Source of the DNA: Candidatus Latescibacterota bacterium
GTDB taxonomy: Bacteria; Latescibacterota; UBA2968; GCA-2709665
NCBI GenBank assembly: GCA_965219995.1
Contig: CBDCOX010000002.1
Location: 5,362,269-5,426,268 of the forward strand
Direction: 5' to 3'
Length of the DNA stretch: 64,000 nt
Shown: positions 9,887 to 19,842 of the stretch, one piece after another
Layout: every line of letters starts with the position of its first letter
Numbering within the stretch: the first letter of the stretch is position 1
Translations under genes and position numbers: made by a program
The notes under the pieces: model-generated
Database searches by the model: none
What the model was told of the DNA's origin: nothing
The model's input: the letters and a program-made list of their open reading frames with translations, nothing else

Positions 9887-10042
9887 GGTCTCAGCTCCGG
9901 GTCGTTCCATCGGCCCGCGCCGATGGTCAGGCGAATGGACGCATACCCGTCGTCCTTACCTCAAGCCGGCCGCGCGCTTGGCGTGTCGGCCGGGGCGTCG
10001 TACGTGTTCGGGCATTGGGAGCCCTGACGCGCGGGCTCTTCC

Positions 10043-11998
10043 CTATGTGGGAATGATGGGCAGCTCTACATGGGATGGATACTCACCGCCGTGATGGACG
10101 GTGATCGTGGCCCGGCGTCCCTCCGACTCGCGCACCGTGTCGCCCCCGGTGTTCATGTTGCGGTCGTAGGTCGGCAGGTTCGAACTCGTGATGTCCACGC
10201 GGATGCGGTGGCCGGGGCGGAAGTAGTTGGCGTAGACGAGCATGTCTATCTCGATCGGGTAGACCACGCCGGGTTCCATCAGGACCACCCTGTCGTAGCC
10301 CTCGCGATAGCGTAGCCGAAGGTAGCCTTCCTGCAGCGCGAACGCGCGGCCGTCGGGGTAGACGTCGTAGAGCTTCACGGACAGGTCCGTGTCCGGCACG
10401 TCCGTGGACACGTGGATCGTCGCGCGCATCTTGCCGGTGATCTCGATGCCTTCCGCAAGCGGTTCGCTCGTGTACACGAGGACGTCCGGCCGCTCCTGCA
10501 CGTCCGAGAGATCGAAGCTGCCGCTGTGCACCGCGCGTACCGGCTCCAGGATCGGGTCGGCCGGATCGTAGACATAGGTGTCCGATCCGGCTTCGTCCGG
10601 CTCGGAAAAGACGACTCTCCCGGATTCCATGCTGCTGCCCGCCGCGCCACTGCTGGTGAGGAATAAGCGGGTCGGGGTGGTGCCTTCGATGGGCCAGACG
10701 TCCGAGGACTTCCACTCGTTCCGTCCGGGAAGGTAGTACTGGATTCTCGGTTTCCGGTCGAAGCCGTTGTCCACGCCCTTCAGGGTGTAGTCCCACCACC
10801 GGAGGTAGGTCCCCCAGATGTCCTTGCGCGCATCGCCCATGTCCCTCTGGCCCGACACCGTCCGCGACGAAACGGACTCGATGTTGCAGTGCGCGAGCGG
10901 CGAGATGATCACGAACTGGTTGTCGCGCGCGTACTGGCTCTCGGCCTTTTCGCTGAAGTGCCGGAACTGCAGGAACGTCTCGTTCACGCCGTAGTCGTGC
11001 CACGAGTTGACGTGCAGGGCCGCCGCGTCGACCCGGGTGTCGTCCTCCAGGTAATCGCCGCCGTCCCACCAGGGATCCATGGGCTCGCGGGTGAGGTCCT
11101 CCCAGTCCGACGGGGGCGAATCGAGATGTTCGGCGATGTCGATCGAAGGCAGCACCAGCATGGCGTCGACGAAGTACTTGTTGAACAGCTCCGGGCTTTC
11201 CGCCATCGACAGCAGGTCGACGTTGAGGTTCGGGGCCGGGTCGTAGAAGTCGGCCACCCGCAGGAACTCCTCCCGCGAGAGCCGGCGCGACGGGCGGTAG
11301 AACAGGTTGGTGCCCGAAAAGTGCGCCCAGAGCGCCATCGTCAGGTTCGTGGCTCCGCCCCGCTTCCAGAGCTTGGCCATGGTGCCGCCCGCGGTGCCGT
11401 GACCGGTGGCGGCGGACTGCGGGACGATGGAGGTCAGCGCGGGATGCAGCGTCTGGGCCGCCTTGATCTGGTTGGCGCCCGGGATCGAGCAGCCGATCAT
11501 GCTGCTCCGGCCGCTGAACCAGGGCTGTTCGCCGAACCAGTCGAGCGTGTCGGCGGCATCCTCGACGTCTCCGTTCAGCACCACGTAGTGGCCTTCCGAT
11601 TCGAACTTCCCGCGCCGGTCCTGGACGGCGAACACGTAACCGTGGCTCGCGTAGTAGTAGGCCTGGTTCGCGGCCGAGATGGGCGCGTCCGGGTCGGCGT
11701 TGCGCCGGCTGGCCTTGTCGTACGGGGTCCGTTCGAGAATGACGGGCAGCCTGCCCTTTGCTTCCACCGGGAATTCGACCGGGAAGTAGAGGTCCGTCGA
11801 GAGCCGCACGCCGTCGCGCATCGGAACGAAGTGGCTGCGCTCGAACCTGACTTCGTAGGGGCCCTTCCCGAACGGGACGGTCTCCGGCTCGGGCGGCGGA
11901 CTCTCCGCGGCCGGCGTCTCCCCCTCCTGTTCCGCCGCGCAGCCAAAGATCGCCAACAGAGTCGTGCACAGCAACAGGTGCCGGATCAATGTTCTCAT
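10043..11998 (-). CDS. CocE/NonD family hydrolase (S15-like), lipoprotein
   Basis: Lipobox IFGC; VPMRDGVRLSTDLY, ERTPY, QDRRG, GCSIPG; C-terminal PepX-like domain. Confidence 0.9.
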   Translation of the reverse strand: MRTLIRHLLLCTTLLAIFGCAAEQEGETPAAESPPPEPETVPFGKGPYEVRFERSHFVPMRDGVRLSTDLYFPVEFPVEAKGRLPVILERTPYDKASRRNADPDAPISAANQAYYYASHGYVFAVQDRRGKFESEGHYVVLNGDVEDAADTLDWFGEQPWFSGRSSMIGCSIPGANQIKAAQTLHPALTSIVPQSAATGHGTAGGTMAKLWKRGGATNLTMALWAHFSGTNLFYRPSRRLSREEFLRVADFYDPAPNLNVDLLSMAESPELFNKYFVDAMLVLPSIDIAEHLDSPPSDWEDLTREPMDPWWDGGDYLEDDTRVDAAALHVNSWHDYGVNETFLQFRHFSEKAESQYARDNQFVIISPLAHCNIESVSSRTVSGQRDMGDARKDIWGTYLRWWDYTLKGVDNGFDRKPRIQYYLPGRNEWKSSDVWPIEGTTPTRLFLTSSGAAGSSMESGRVVFSEPDEAGSDTYVYDPADPILEPVRAVHSGSFDLSDVQERPDVLVYTSEPLAEGIEITGKMRATIHVSTDVPDTDLSVKLYDVYPDGRAFALQEGYLRLRYREGYDRVVLMEPGVVYPIEIDMLVYANYFRPGHRIRVDITSSNLPTYDRNMNTGGDTVRESEGRRATITVHHGGEYPSHVELPIIPT

Positions 11999-12028
11999 TC
12001 GGGGTAGCGTGTCCAAGCGTGTCATCCA

Positions 12029-12270
12029 GAAATCGTAGCCGGCTTCTACACCAAGCTGCCGCGGATAGTCCTGGGTAAAGGTGACGAGACCCATCGCCGG
12101 TGTCTGGGAGGAGCCTTCAGCCGGGGAAGCTCCCTCGGCCGCTGACGCGTAAGGAAGTGTCGGTGTTCCTCCCTTCGGCGGATGCGTACTTCCATGCAAG
12201 TAGACGGCGTCAGACTCTCCAAGCAGGTTCTTGCCGAACGCGTAGACGCCGATGTTGCCGATGCTGGCGC
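12029..12270 (-). pseudogene. remnant C-terminus of a TonB-dependent receptor
   Basis: Translates to ASIGNIGVYAFGKNLLGESDAVY..FTQDYPRQLGVEAGYDF, the typical TBDR terminal strands; no start and rest of gene missing. Confidence 0.6.
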
Positions 12271-12336
12271 GCCCGGCCGGGGGCGCGCGGTTCGTCGAGC
12301 GCGACGACGGCGAGCTCGAACTGAGAACCGATCTGC

Positions 12337-12606
12337 TCAGTTGCCTGGACGAAACACTTCGTCGAGCGTGTCGGCGTCGAGGACGTTGTCAGCCCAGATC
12401 TCGAGATCGGCGGCAGACGCCCGGCGCAGCCTTTCGGCGGCTTGGGGAGACAGGCGCCCGAACCGGCGCCGGAGTTGCCGTTCGAGGACCGCCCGCTCGC
12501 CCTCTACGCGGCCTTGACGGACGCCGCGTTCCATGCCTTCCTGCCGACCCTCCTGCCTGCCTTCCTGCCTGGCCTCGTCACGGGCTCTCTCGATGACTCC
12601 TGCCAT
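12337..12606 (-). CDS. putative intragenic small Rpn (RpnS-type antitoxin), 89 aa
   Basis: In-frame ATG at 12606 preceded by GGAGGAG (12616-12622) with 9-nt spacer. Confidence 0.6.
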   Translation of the reverse strand: MAGVIERARDEARQEGRQEGRQEGMERGVRQGRVEGERAVLERQLRRRFGRLSPQAAERLRRASAADLEIWADNVLDADTLDEVFRPGN

Positions 12607-13290
12607 GACCCTGCTCTCCTCCGCGTAGCCGCTCTCGTAGCGCCGGTACTCGTCCTCGTCGAGTTCGGCGTAGACGTCGATGAACGTCATGTATTTTGCC
12701 CTCCTGTCCGGGTCCGGTTCCACCGCCTCCAGCCCCCGCACCGCGGCCGCGTAGGCGTCGACCCGGCGCCCGGCCGGGACGCGCATGTTCGGAAGGTTCA
12801 CCAGCGCCGCCACGTTGCGGCTCTCGCGCCAGCGCTCGTAAGGCGTCGCGGCAAGCCGGAAGGCGAGGTGGTCGAACGTCAGGTAGGGGCGCCGCTCGGT
12901 GCCGAGCACCAACGCCGCCGCGCTCCCGGCCGGCGCCGTGCCGCGCAGGAAGATCGTCACCGGCACCACGCGGTCCGTCTCGTACAACTGCGCGATGTCC
13001 AGGCAGTAGTGCGCGAGGCGGTGCTGCGAGAACCGCCGCGCCTCGGTCTCCTGCTCGACGACGAACAGCATCGCCTTGCGGCGGTCGTCGGCCCAGCGGA
13101 CCAGCAGCGGTGCGTCGAGCTCGCGGAAGCGGTCGCCGAGGCGCTCCTTGAGCTGCTCCTGGCGCAGCGGCGTGATATCCACCTCGTCGTCCGGCGCCGG
13201 CGCCTCCTCGGGGGCAAAGAAGGCCAGCGCGTCGCGCGGGTAGTCAAGGATGAGGTTCTTGAAGTTCTGGTCGTGGCTGACGCTCGCCAT
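12337..13290 (-). CDS. Rpn family recombination-promoting nuclease/putative transposase with DUF4351 C-terminus
   Basis: HDQNFKNLI, ELDAPLLV..LFVVEQET, RQEG repeats, LRRRFG..ADLEIWADNVLDADTLDEVF. Confidence 0.85.
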   Translation of the reverse strand: MASVSHDQNFKNLILDYPRDALAFFAPEEAPAPDDEVDITPLRQEQLKERLGDRFRELDAPLLVRWADDRRKAMLFVVEQETEARRFSQHRLAHYCLDIAQLYETDRVVPVTIFLRGTAPAGSAAALVLGTERRPYLTFDHLAFRLAATPYERWRESRNVAALVNLPNMRVPAGRRVDAYAAAVRGLEAVEPDPDRRAKYMTFIDVYAELDEDEYRRYESGYAEESRVMAGVIERARDEARQEGRQEGRQEGMERGVRQGRVEGERAVLERQLRRRFGRLSPQAAERLRRASAADLEIWADNVLDADTLDEVFRPGN

Positions 13291-13548
13291 GGCTGCGCCC
13301 GGTGCTTTTTTCTGGCCAAAGGATGGGCCGGAGCGGGGCGGCCGCGCTACGGCAGATCGTCTACATGGCGACGGGCCGATCTCCCACGACCGCGGGGGGC
13401 GCTGGACTACACGGGCTCGCGGTTGGCGGCCTGGGGACGGCGTCCGTCTATGGCACCGGAGCCATCTTGGCAACGCGCCGGGCGATCGTCGCTCCTGCCG
13501 GCCGCCAGCCGGCAGCGCCCGCCGCGGGCGGAAACGGCGCGGAGCCGG

Positions 13549-15603
13549 TCAGTCCCCCGCTTCCGGCGCGTGCTTCCCGAACCACCCGAGCAGCGTCGTC
13601 ATCTTCGACATCGCGTGGCTCGGCCGCGCCACGATGCCGTGCGCCTCGCCCGGAACGCGCACCAGGACGGTCTCCACGCCCTGCAGCTTGAGCGCCTTGT
13701 AGTACTGCTCGGACTCGGACATCGGCGTGCGCCAGTCTTCCTCGCCGGTCATGATGAGCGTCGGCGTCTTCACGTTCTCCGACACCCGGAGCAGGGAGCG
13801 CGCCTCATAGTTGTCCCGGTGGCGCCAGGGCAGTCCCGGCACCCAGTAGTCGAGGAACATGCCGGACAGGTCCGCCGTGAAGACGAAGCTCTCCCAGTTG
13901 ATCACCGGGTAGAACGCAACCGCCGCGCGGAAGCGGTCGGTGTTGCCGATCATCCAGGCCGTCAGCACCCCGCCGCCGCTGCCGCCGGTCACGTACAGCC
14001 GGTCCTCGTCGACGAAACCCATGCCGATGACGTGGTCCACCGCCGAGTCCAGGTCGTGGAAGTCGTCTCCCGGGTAGGCGTGGTGGATGAGGTTCCCGAA
14101 CTCCTCGCCGTAGCTGATGCTGCCGCGGGGGTTGGTGTACAGCACGACGTAGCCGGCGGCGGCCATGAGCTGCTTCTCCGTGTCGAAGACGTCGCCGTAG
14201 TCCGCGAACGGGCCGCCGTGAATCTCCAGGATCAGCGGGTACTTTCGCGAGGCGTCGAACCCGGGAGGCTTGATGATCCAGCCCTGCACCGGGCGGCCGT
14301 CCTTCGACGAGTTCCACCGCAACTCCTCCACCGCGCCGAGTTCGCGCTCGCCGAACAGGTCCGCGTTCAGGTCGGTGAGCACGCGTCCGGACTCGCCCGG
14401 GTCGGCGACGGCGACATCGCCCGGCATGACGGGACCAGGCACCGTGTACGCCAGCCGGCCCTGGTCGCTGATCGACCAGAGGGTGTTGTGGCTGATGTAG
14501 CCCGTCTCGCCGCTGCCGATGTCGGGCGCGGCGACGCGGTGGCCGCCGTCCAGGGAGAACAGCACGAGCCGGGCGTTGCCCTCGTCGTGCACGACGGCGT
14601 AGACGCCGCTGCCGTCCGGCGACCATTGCGGCCCGCCCCCGCCGCGGCGCGCGGAGTCCTGAACATGGCGGTCATAGTCTCCGGTCAGGGTCCTGACGTT
14701 GGAGCCGTCGCGGTCCGCCACGTACAGGTCGTTCTGCTGATGCCCCTGGCGGGCGTCGTCGAAACCCACGTAGGCGATGTGCCTGCCGTCCGGCGATACC
14801 GTCGCGGCCACGTCGGGCCCCTCGCGGTCGATGAGCCGGCGGGGCGAACCGTCGGCCAGCGCGACCTCGTGGACATCCGGATTCCCGACCGCGTAGATCT
14901 CGGCGCCTTCGGTCAGGTCCGCCGCGACGATCAGCGACTCGCCTTCCGGCGCCCAGGCGAAGCTGCCGGCGCCGAACTGCCGTTCCCCGTGCGTCACCTG
15001 GCGCGGGGTACCGCCATCGGCCGCCACGACGAAAAGGTGCATGTAGCCGGGCGGGACTTCGCCGACCTGGTCGAAGCGGAACGCCAGCCGGTCCGTGTAC
15101 TTCGGCGGCGGCGCCCAATCGGTGCCCTCGGGGGCCGGCGGCATCTCGCCGATGACCAGCGGCGGTTCCGGGACGAGGCGCGCGAACGCGATGCGGCCGC
15201 CGTCCGGCGACCAGGCGAAACCGCCGGGCGGCACGGCATGGCTCGTGATGGCCACGGTATCGCCCGTGTCCATCCAGCGCACGTGAATCTGCGCGCTGCC
15301 GCTCTCGTCCGACCGGTACGCCAGCCGGCGCCCGTCCGGCGACCAGCGGGGCGAGTTGGCCGTGTGCTTCCCTGCGTTCAGCGGCCGGTGGTTCGTTCCG
15401 TCCGCATCGATCATCCAGAGGTTCTGGTAGCGGCGGTCGGTCATCACGTCGTTGAAGTGGCGGACGTAGACCACCTGCTCGCCGTTCGGGGAGATCTGCG
15501 CGTCGGTGGCGTACTCCAGTTCGAAGACGTCCATCACGTCCAGCGGCTGCGCGGCATGCGCCGCCACGGCGAAGATGGGGAGCGCGAGGGTCGTTCGGAG
15601 CAT
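13549..15603 (-). CDS. S9C family peptidase (acylaminoacyl peptidase-like)
   Basis: Signal peptide, PD40-like WSPDG repeats, HGGP, GGSGGG, EEDWRT, EAHG. Confidence 0.9.
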   Translation of the reverse strand: MLRTTLALPIFAVAAHAAQPLDVMDVFELEYATDAQISPNGEQVVYVRHFNDVMTDRRYQNLWMIDADGTNHRPLNAGKHTANSPRWSPDGRRLAYRSDESGSAQIHVRWMDTGDTVAITSHAVPPGGFAWSPDGGRIAFARLVPEPPLVIGEMPPAPEGTDWAPPPKYTDRLAFRFDQVGEVPPGYMHLFVVAADGGTPRQVTHGERQFGAGSFAWAPEGESLIVAADLTEGAEIYAVGNPDVHEVALADGSPRRLIDREGPDVAATVSPDGRHIAYVGFDDARQGHQQNDLYVADRDGSNVRTLTGDYDRHVQDSARRGGGGPQWSPDGSGVYAVVHDEGNARLVLFSLDGGHRVAAPDIGSGETGYISHNTLWSISDQGRLAYTVPGPVMPGDVAVADPGESGRVLTDLNADLFGERELGAVEELRWNSSKDGRPVQGWIIKPPGFDASRKYPLILEIHGGPFADYGDVFDTEKQLMAAAGYVVLYTNPRGSISYGEEFGNLIHHAYPGDDFHDLDSAVDHVIGMGFVDEDRLYVTGGSGGGVLTAWMIGNTDRFRAAVAFYPVINWESFVFTADLSGMFLDYWVPGLPWRHRDNYEARSLLRVSENVKTPTLIMTGEEDWRTPMSESEQYYKALKLQGVETVLVRVPGEAHGIVARPSHAMSKMTTLLGWFGKHAPEAGD

Positions 15604-15623
15604 GCCGTTCCTCTCCCGACGGC

Positions 15624-17453
15624 TCAATCCCGGCTCATGTACCGGTCGACATGCGCCTCCAGCACCGGCAGGGGCATGGCGCCGCTGCCGAGGACCGCGG
15701 CGTGGAAGGTGCGGACGTCGAACGCGTCGCCCAGCTTCGCCTCCTGCGCGGCGCGGATCTCCCGGATCTTCTCGAGGCCGAGCTTGTAGGCCAGCGCCTG
15801 GGCCGGCATGTCGGTGGAGTAGCGCAGGGTCTCCGTGGCGATCTCCTCCTCGCTGGAGAAGGTGTTCGCCCGCATGTACGCCATCGCCCTTTCCCGCGAC
15901 CAGCCGAGGTGATTCATGCCGGTGTCCACCACCAGCCGGTTGGCGATGAAGGCATCGAAGAGCAGCCAGCCGTAGCGCTCGTAGGGCTCGTCCAGGATGC
16001 CCATCCCCAGGGTGAGGCTAGCGGCATAGTTGGCCCAACCCTCGGTGTAGGCCGCATAGAAGAGGCTCGAGAGCTGCCGGAGCCTGGTGCTCGCCTCGGT
16101 CTCCAGTTGCAGGGCGATGTGGAAATGGTGGCCCGGGACCAGTTCATGGAAGATGAGCGGCCCGGTCCAGACCATCGGCCGGCTCTCGAGCTTCGAGCCG
16201 TTGAAGCGGTACTCGCCGCGCGGATTCGCCGGGGTCGGCGTCTGGTAGTAGCCGAAGGTCATGCCCGGCTCCGCCGCCGGGTCCAGCCGCCGGACGCCGT
16301 AGGGGGCCTCCGGCAGCACCGAGAAGTAGTCCGGGATGTGCGGTTCCACCTCGCGGATGTAGGCCATGTAACGTTCCGCGACCTCCTCGGGGGTCTCCGC
16401 GAAGAAGCGGGGGTCGGCGCGCATCTGCTCGTGAAACTCCTCCGCCGTGCCCTCGAACCCCAACTCGTCCCGGATGGCCTGCATCTGCTGCTGGATGTCC
16501 GCCATGTAGGCGAGGCCGCGCTCGTGGATGTCCGCGGGATCGAGGTCCAGGGTGGTCTGCTGCAGGATGGCGAACCGGTAGGCCGCCTCGCCGCCCGGGT
16601 ACTGGGCGAGGCCCACCGCCTCGGGCGCCCGCGCCATGTAGTCGTCGCCCAGGTACGCGAGCAGGGCGTCGATGGCCGGGAGGATCCGTTCGGAGACGGC
16701 CGTTTCGATGCCCGCGTTCAAGGCGGCGCGCTCCTCCTCCGAGAGGGCCGAGGCACGCTCGGGAGCCACCGCCGCCAGGGGGCCAATGCCGGCGCGCAGC
16801 GCTTCGAACACCGTCCTGGCCCCGGGGATGGCGGGCTTCGGCAGCAGGATGCCCCGCTCCTCCTGGCCCTGCAGCCGCGTCAGGTCGTCCGTGACGTAAC
16901 GCCCGAGATCGGCCAGCAGGCCGAGGTAGGCCGCGGCGTCCTCTTCCGTCTCGAAGGTGTAGCCGGCCAGCGCCCGGGGCAGCATCGAACTGAAGACGAA
17001 GCCCCCCGCGTAGGGCGTGACATTGAACTTGTGCCAGAAGTGCGCCGGGGCCTCGGTGGCGGCCTGCAGCACGCTTAGGAGAATCGCGTGGGTAATCCGG
17101 TCGTCGTCGCTCAACAGCGACACGTCGATCGCGCGCAGTTCCTCGAGGGCGGCCGCGGCCTTCGCCGCCTCCCGCTCGACGTGGGCGAAGCTGTTGTCGT
17201 CCATCGCCGCGACGCGCCGCCCCTCGAGCATCTGCAGCGAGGCCGATGCGTCGATCAGGTCCGACATGGTCCGGTCCGCGAGCGCCAGCACCGTGGCCGA
17301 CGCGTCCGCCTCAGCCGAAGCACTTGCCTCGGAAGCCGGCGTCTCCGTCACCGCCTCCGGCGCATCGCCCTGCTCCGCACAGCCCCACAGGAGCAGCGCG
17401 CCCAGTATCGCCAGGGCCGGGGCCACATGGCGTCGCAGTGTTTCCTTCATCAT
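15624..17453 (-). CDS. DUF885 family lipoprotein (putative metallopeptidase)
   Basis: Lipobox LWGC; HELVPGHH, EGWANYA, RLVVDTG, PAQALAYKLG. Confidence 0.88.
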   Translation of the reverse strand: MMKETLRRHVAPALAILGALLLWGCAEQGDAPEAVTETPASEASASAEADASATVLALADRTMSDLIDASASLQMLEGRRVAAMDDNSFAHVEREAAKAAAALEELRAIDVSLLSDDDRITHAILLSVLQAATEAPAHFWHKFNVTPYAGGFVFSSMLPRALAGYTFETEEDAAAYLGLLADLGRYVTDDLTRLQGQEERGILLPKPAIPGARTVFEALRAGIGPLAAVAPERASALSEEERAALNAGIETAVSERILPAIDALLAYLGDDYMARAPEAVGLAQYPGGEAAYRFAILQQTTLDLDPADIHERGLAYMADIQQQMQAIRDELGFEGTAEEFHEQMRADPRFFAETPEEVAERYMAYIREVEPHIPDYFSVLPEAPYGVRRLDPAAEPGMTFGYYQTPTPANPRGEYRFNGSKLESRPMVWTGPLIFHELVPGHHFHIALQLETEASTRLRQLSSLFYAAYTEGWANYAASLTLGMGILDEPYERYGWLLFDAFIANRLVVDTGMNHLGWSRERAMAYMRANTFSSEEEIATETLRYSTDMPAQALAYKLGLEKIREIRAAQEAKLGDAFDVRTFHAAVLGSGAMPLPVLEAHVDRYMSRD

Positions 17454-17580
17454 TTCTCCAGCCGGCGTCGGGTCCGGGCACGCATCATAGGCGCGCATCA
17501 GAACGGGTGGACGCACCGCCGGCGGACGAACCCCAATCCGCGGATTGAGGACAGGCCCCCGCCCATGCGTCGAGGGGTCC

Positions 17581-18873
17581 ATGGCCGAAGCAACCACCTC
17601 TCCCCCCGCCGTCCAGCCGAAGATGGCGGTATCCGACGGATACCTGAACTACGTCCTGTTCATGCTGGCCGTGGTGGCCTTCTTCAACTACCTCGACCGC
17701 ATGGTGCTGTCGATGCTGGTGGAGCCCATCAAGGCCGACCTCGGCTTCAGCGACACCCAACTCGGACTCCTGACCGGCTTCGCCTTCGCGCTCTTCTACG
17801 CCACGTTCGGCATTCCCATCGCCCGGCTCGCCGACACCCGCTCGCGGGTCACGATCCTCTCGGTCTGCATGGCCCTGTGGAGCGCGATGACCGCCGCCTG
17901 CGGACTGGCGCAGAACTTCGTGCACATGCTGCTGGCGCGCGTCGGCGTGGGCGTCGGCGAAGCCGGCTGCGTTCCGTCGAGCCACAGCCTGCTCACGGAC
18001 TACGTGCCGGTGGAGAAGCGGGCGCTCGCGCTCGGCATCTTCCAGACGGGCGGCGCCGTCGGCATCATGGTGGGACTGATCCTGGCGGGCTGGCTCGCGG
18101 ACGCGTACGGATGGCGTGCCACTTTCTTTATTGTCGGCATCCCCGGCGTCGTGCTCGCGGTCGTCGCGAAGCTCACGGTCAAGGACCCGCCCCGGGGCAA
18201 CTTCTCCGACGCGCCGGAACCCGAGGCGCAGTCGTTCGGCGTAGCCGTTGCCAGCCTGGTGCGCCGCAGGACCTTCCGCCAGATCGTCATCGCCTATTCC
18301 CTGGGACTGTTCGGCGTCTACGGCATCGCCCAGTGGACGCCGGCCTTCTTCATCCGGGTGCACGAGATGACGCTTACCGAAGTGGGCTGGGGCGTCGGCA
18401 TCGCCAGTGGACTGGGCGGCGTGATCGGCACCTTCATCGGTGCGGTGCTCGCGCCCCGTTACATCGCCCGGGACCGGCGCTGGGAGGTGTGGTGGCCCGC
18501 CTGGGCGTTCCTCGCCTGCATTCCCACCTACGCCATCGCCTTCCTGGCCGGCGACGTGCTCACCTCCTTTGTGCTGGTGTTCGTGGCTTCCGTGATCGCC
18601 GGAACGAGCATCGCCCCCGGGATGGCGAGCGTGCAGTCGGTCGCCGAACCGCACCAGCGCGCCACCGCCGTGGCCATCGTGATGTTCTGTTCCGCCATCC
18701 TCGGCCAGGGGCTCGGGCCCACGGCCATCGGCATCACCTCGGACATCCTGACGCCCTCGCTCGGCAGCGACGGGCTCCGCTGGGCGCTGGTGTTCTCGCT
18801 GGTGCTGTTCGGGTGGTCCTGGGTGCACTTCATGATCGCGGCGCGGACGGCGCATGGCGACCGGATTTCGTGA
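17581..18873 (+). CDS. MFS transporter (spinster-like)
   Basis: NYLDR..EPIKADLGFSDTQLGLL, ARLAD, ARVGVGVGEAG; ~12 TM. Confidence 0.9.
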   Translation: MAEATTSPPAVQPKMAVSDGYLNYVLFMLAVVAFFNYLDRMVLSMLVEPIKADLGFSDTQLGLLTGFAFALFYATFGIPIARLADTRSRVTILSVCMALWSAMTAACGLAQNFVHMLLARVGVGVGEAGCVPSSHSLLTDYVPVEKRALALGIFQTGGAVGIMVGLILAGWLADAYGWRATFFIVGIPGVVLAVVAKLTVKDPPRGNFSDAPEPEAQSFGVAVASLVRRRTFRQIVIAYSLGLFGVYGIAQWTPAFFIRVHEMTLTEVGWGVGIASGLGGVIGTFIGAVLAPRYIARDRRWEVWWPAWAFLACIPTYAIAFLAGDVLTSFVLVFVASVIAGTSIAPGMASVQSVAEPHQRATAVAIVMFCSAILGQGLGPTAIGITSDILTPSLGSDGLRWALVFSLVLFGWSWVHFMIAARTAHGDRIS

Positions 18874-19064
18874 CCTTGGCGGTGGGGGGAATGTGTCTTG
18901 TCCGGGCGCTGGGCGTGCACGCCACTTATGGTGGTACTACAGCTCGATAGGTTTCTGCGGGCGGTGGTGGCTGCCGGCATCAGCGAGTGCACGTTGCGTG
19001 CTCCATCTCTAACCGCACACTCTCAAGCGACTGGCTGACCGCGCTACGGTTTCCCGCCCGAGGC

Positions 19065-19093
19065 TTGCGGCGTGTAGCGTGCCGCGTTACGGT
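19065..19093 (+). promoter_or_regulatory. higBA promoter with overlapping operator
   Basis: TTGCGG-N17-TACGGT; imperfect inverted repeat GTAGCG-N5-CGTTAC at 19074-19090. Confidence 0.5.
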
Positions 19094-19098
19094 GGGTC

Positions 19099-19371
19099 AT
19101 GCGAATCAGGCACAGGGGACTACGGGAGCTGCACGAGCGAGGCAATCCCGCACGACTGCCGGCCGAGCTGGTGCCCCGGCTTCGGCGCATCCTGTTCCGT
19201 CTGCAGGAGGCGACGCATCCGGGAAGCGCCAACGCGCCGGGTTTCCGGCTGCATCCCCTGAAGGGCGACCGCTCGGGCCAATGGAGCGTTCGCGTCTCGG
19301 GGAACTGGCGTGTGGTCTTCCGTTTCAAGGATCGCGAAGCGGTGGATGTGGACCTGATCGACTATCACTGA
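19099..19371 (+). CDS. higB: HigB toxin (RelE/ParE family)
   Basis: RHRGL..LHPLKGDR.GQWSVRVSGNWRVVFRF..VDLIDYH. Confidence 0.92.
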   Translation: MRIRHRGLRELHERGNPARLPAELVPRLRRILFRLQEATHPGSANAPGFRLHPLKGDRSGQWSVRVSGNWRVVFRFKDREAVDVDLIDYH

Positions 19372-19379
19372 CCAAGAGA

Positions 19380-19703
19380 ATGCTGACGATGAACGACATT
19401 GCAGGCGACCGCGTCGGCCCGATGCTGAATCCGCCGCACCTGGGCGAACTGATCCGCGAGAGCATGGACGAGGAGGGTTGGAACGTGACCGACACGGCGG
19501 CCCGGCTCGGGTGCGAGCGTGGCACGCTGTCGAGGGTGCTGAACGGCAAGGCAGGCGTGTCGGCGAACATGGCGCTGGCGCTGGAGGATCTCGGCTGGGG
19601 CACAGCCGATCACTGGATGCGGATGCAGGCGAGCTACGAGCTGGCGCTGGCGCGCCGGTCCAGGGGATCGGCCGAGGGGCGCGGCGCGGCCTTGCAGGCA
19701 TGA
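19380..19703 (+). CDS. higA: HigA antitoxin (XRE HTH)
   Basis: MLNPPHLGELIRE..TDTAARLG..TLSRVLNGKAGVSANMALAL..WMRMQASYEL; directly after higB. Confidence 0.92.
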   Translation: MLTMNDIAGDRVGPMLNPPHLGELIRESMDEEGWNVTDTAARLGCERGTLSRVLNGKAGVSANMALALEDLGWGTADHWMRMQASYELALARRSRGSAEGRGAALQA

Positions 19704-19842
19704 TCCTGCCGCCCGCCAATGCGCGGGGGCCGGACACCGTGCCGAACGCGGGCGGCGCGAACTGATGGGGCTGTTCGGCTGTAGTGTCGCAGGACGCAAC
19801 GTTGGGCAGAGAGTGGGACTCTCGACCGTCTGGAGGCGTGCC

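Noticed and set aside
12442-15789. 1115-aa plus-strand ORF, and similar long ORFs 7397-9826, 25482-28370, 29211-32891, 38861-40840
   Set aside because: Antisense or shadow frames of clear genes; expected at high GC
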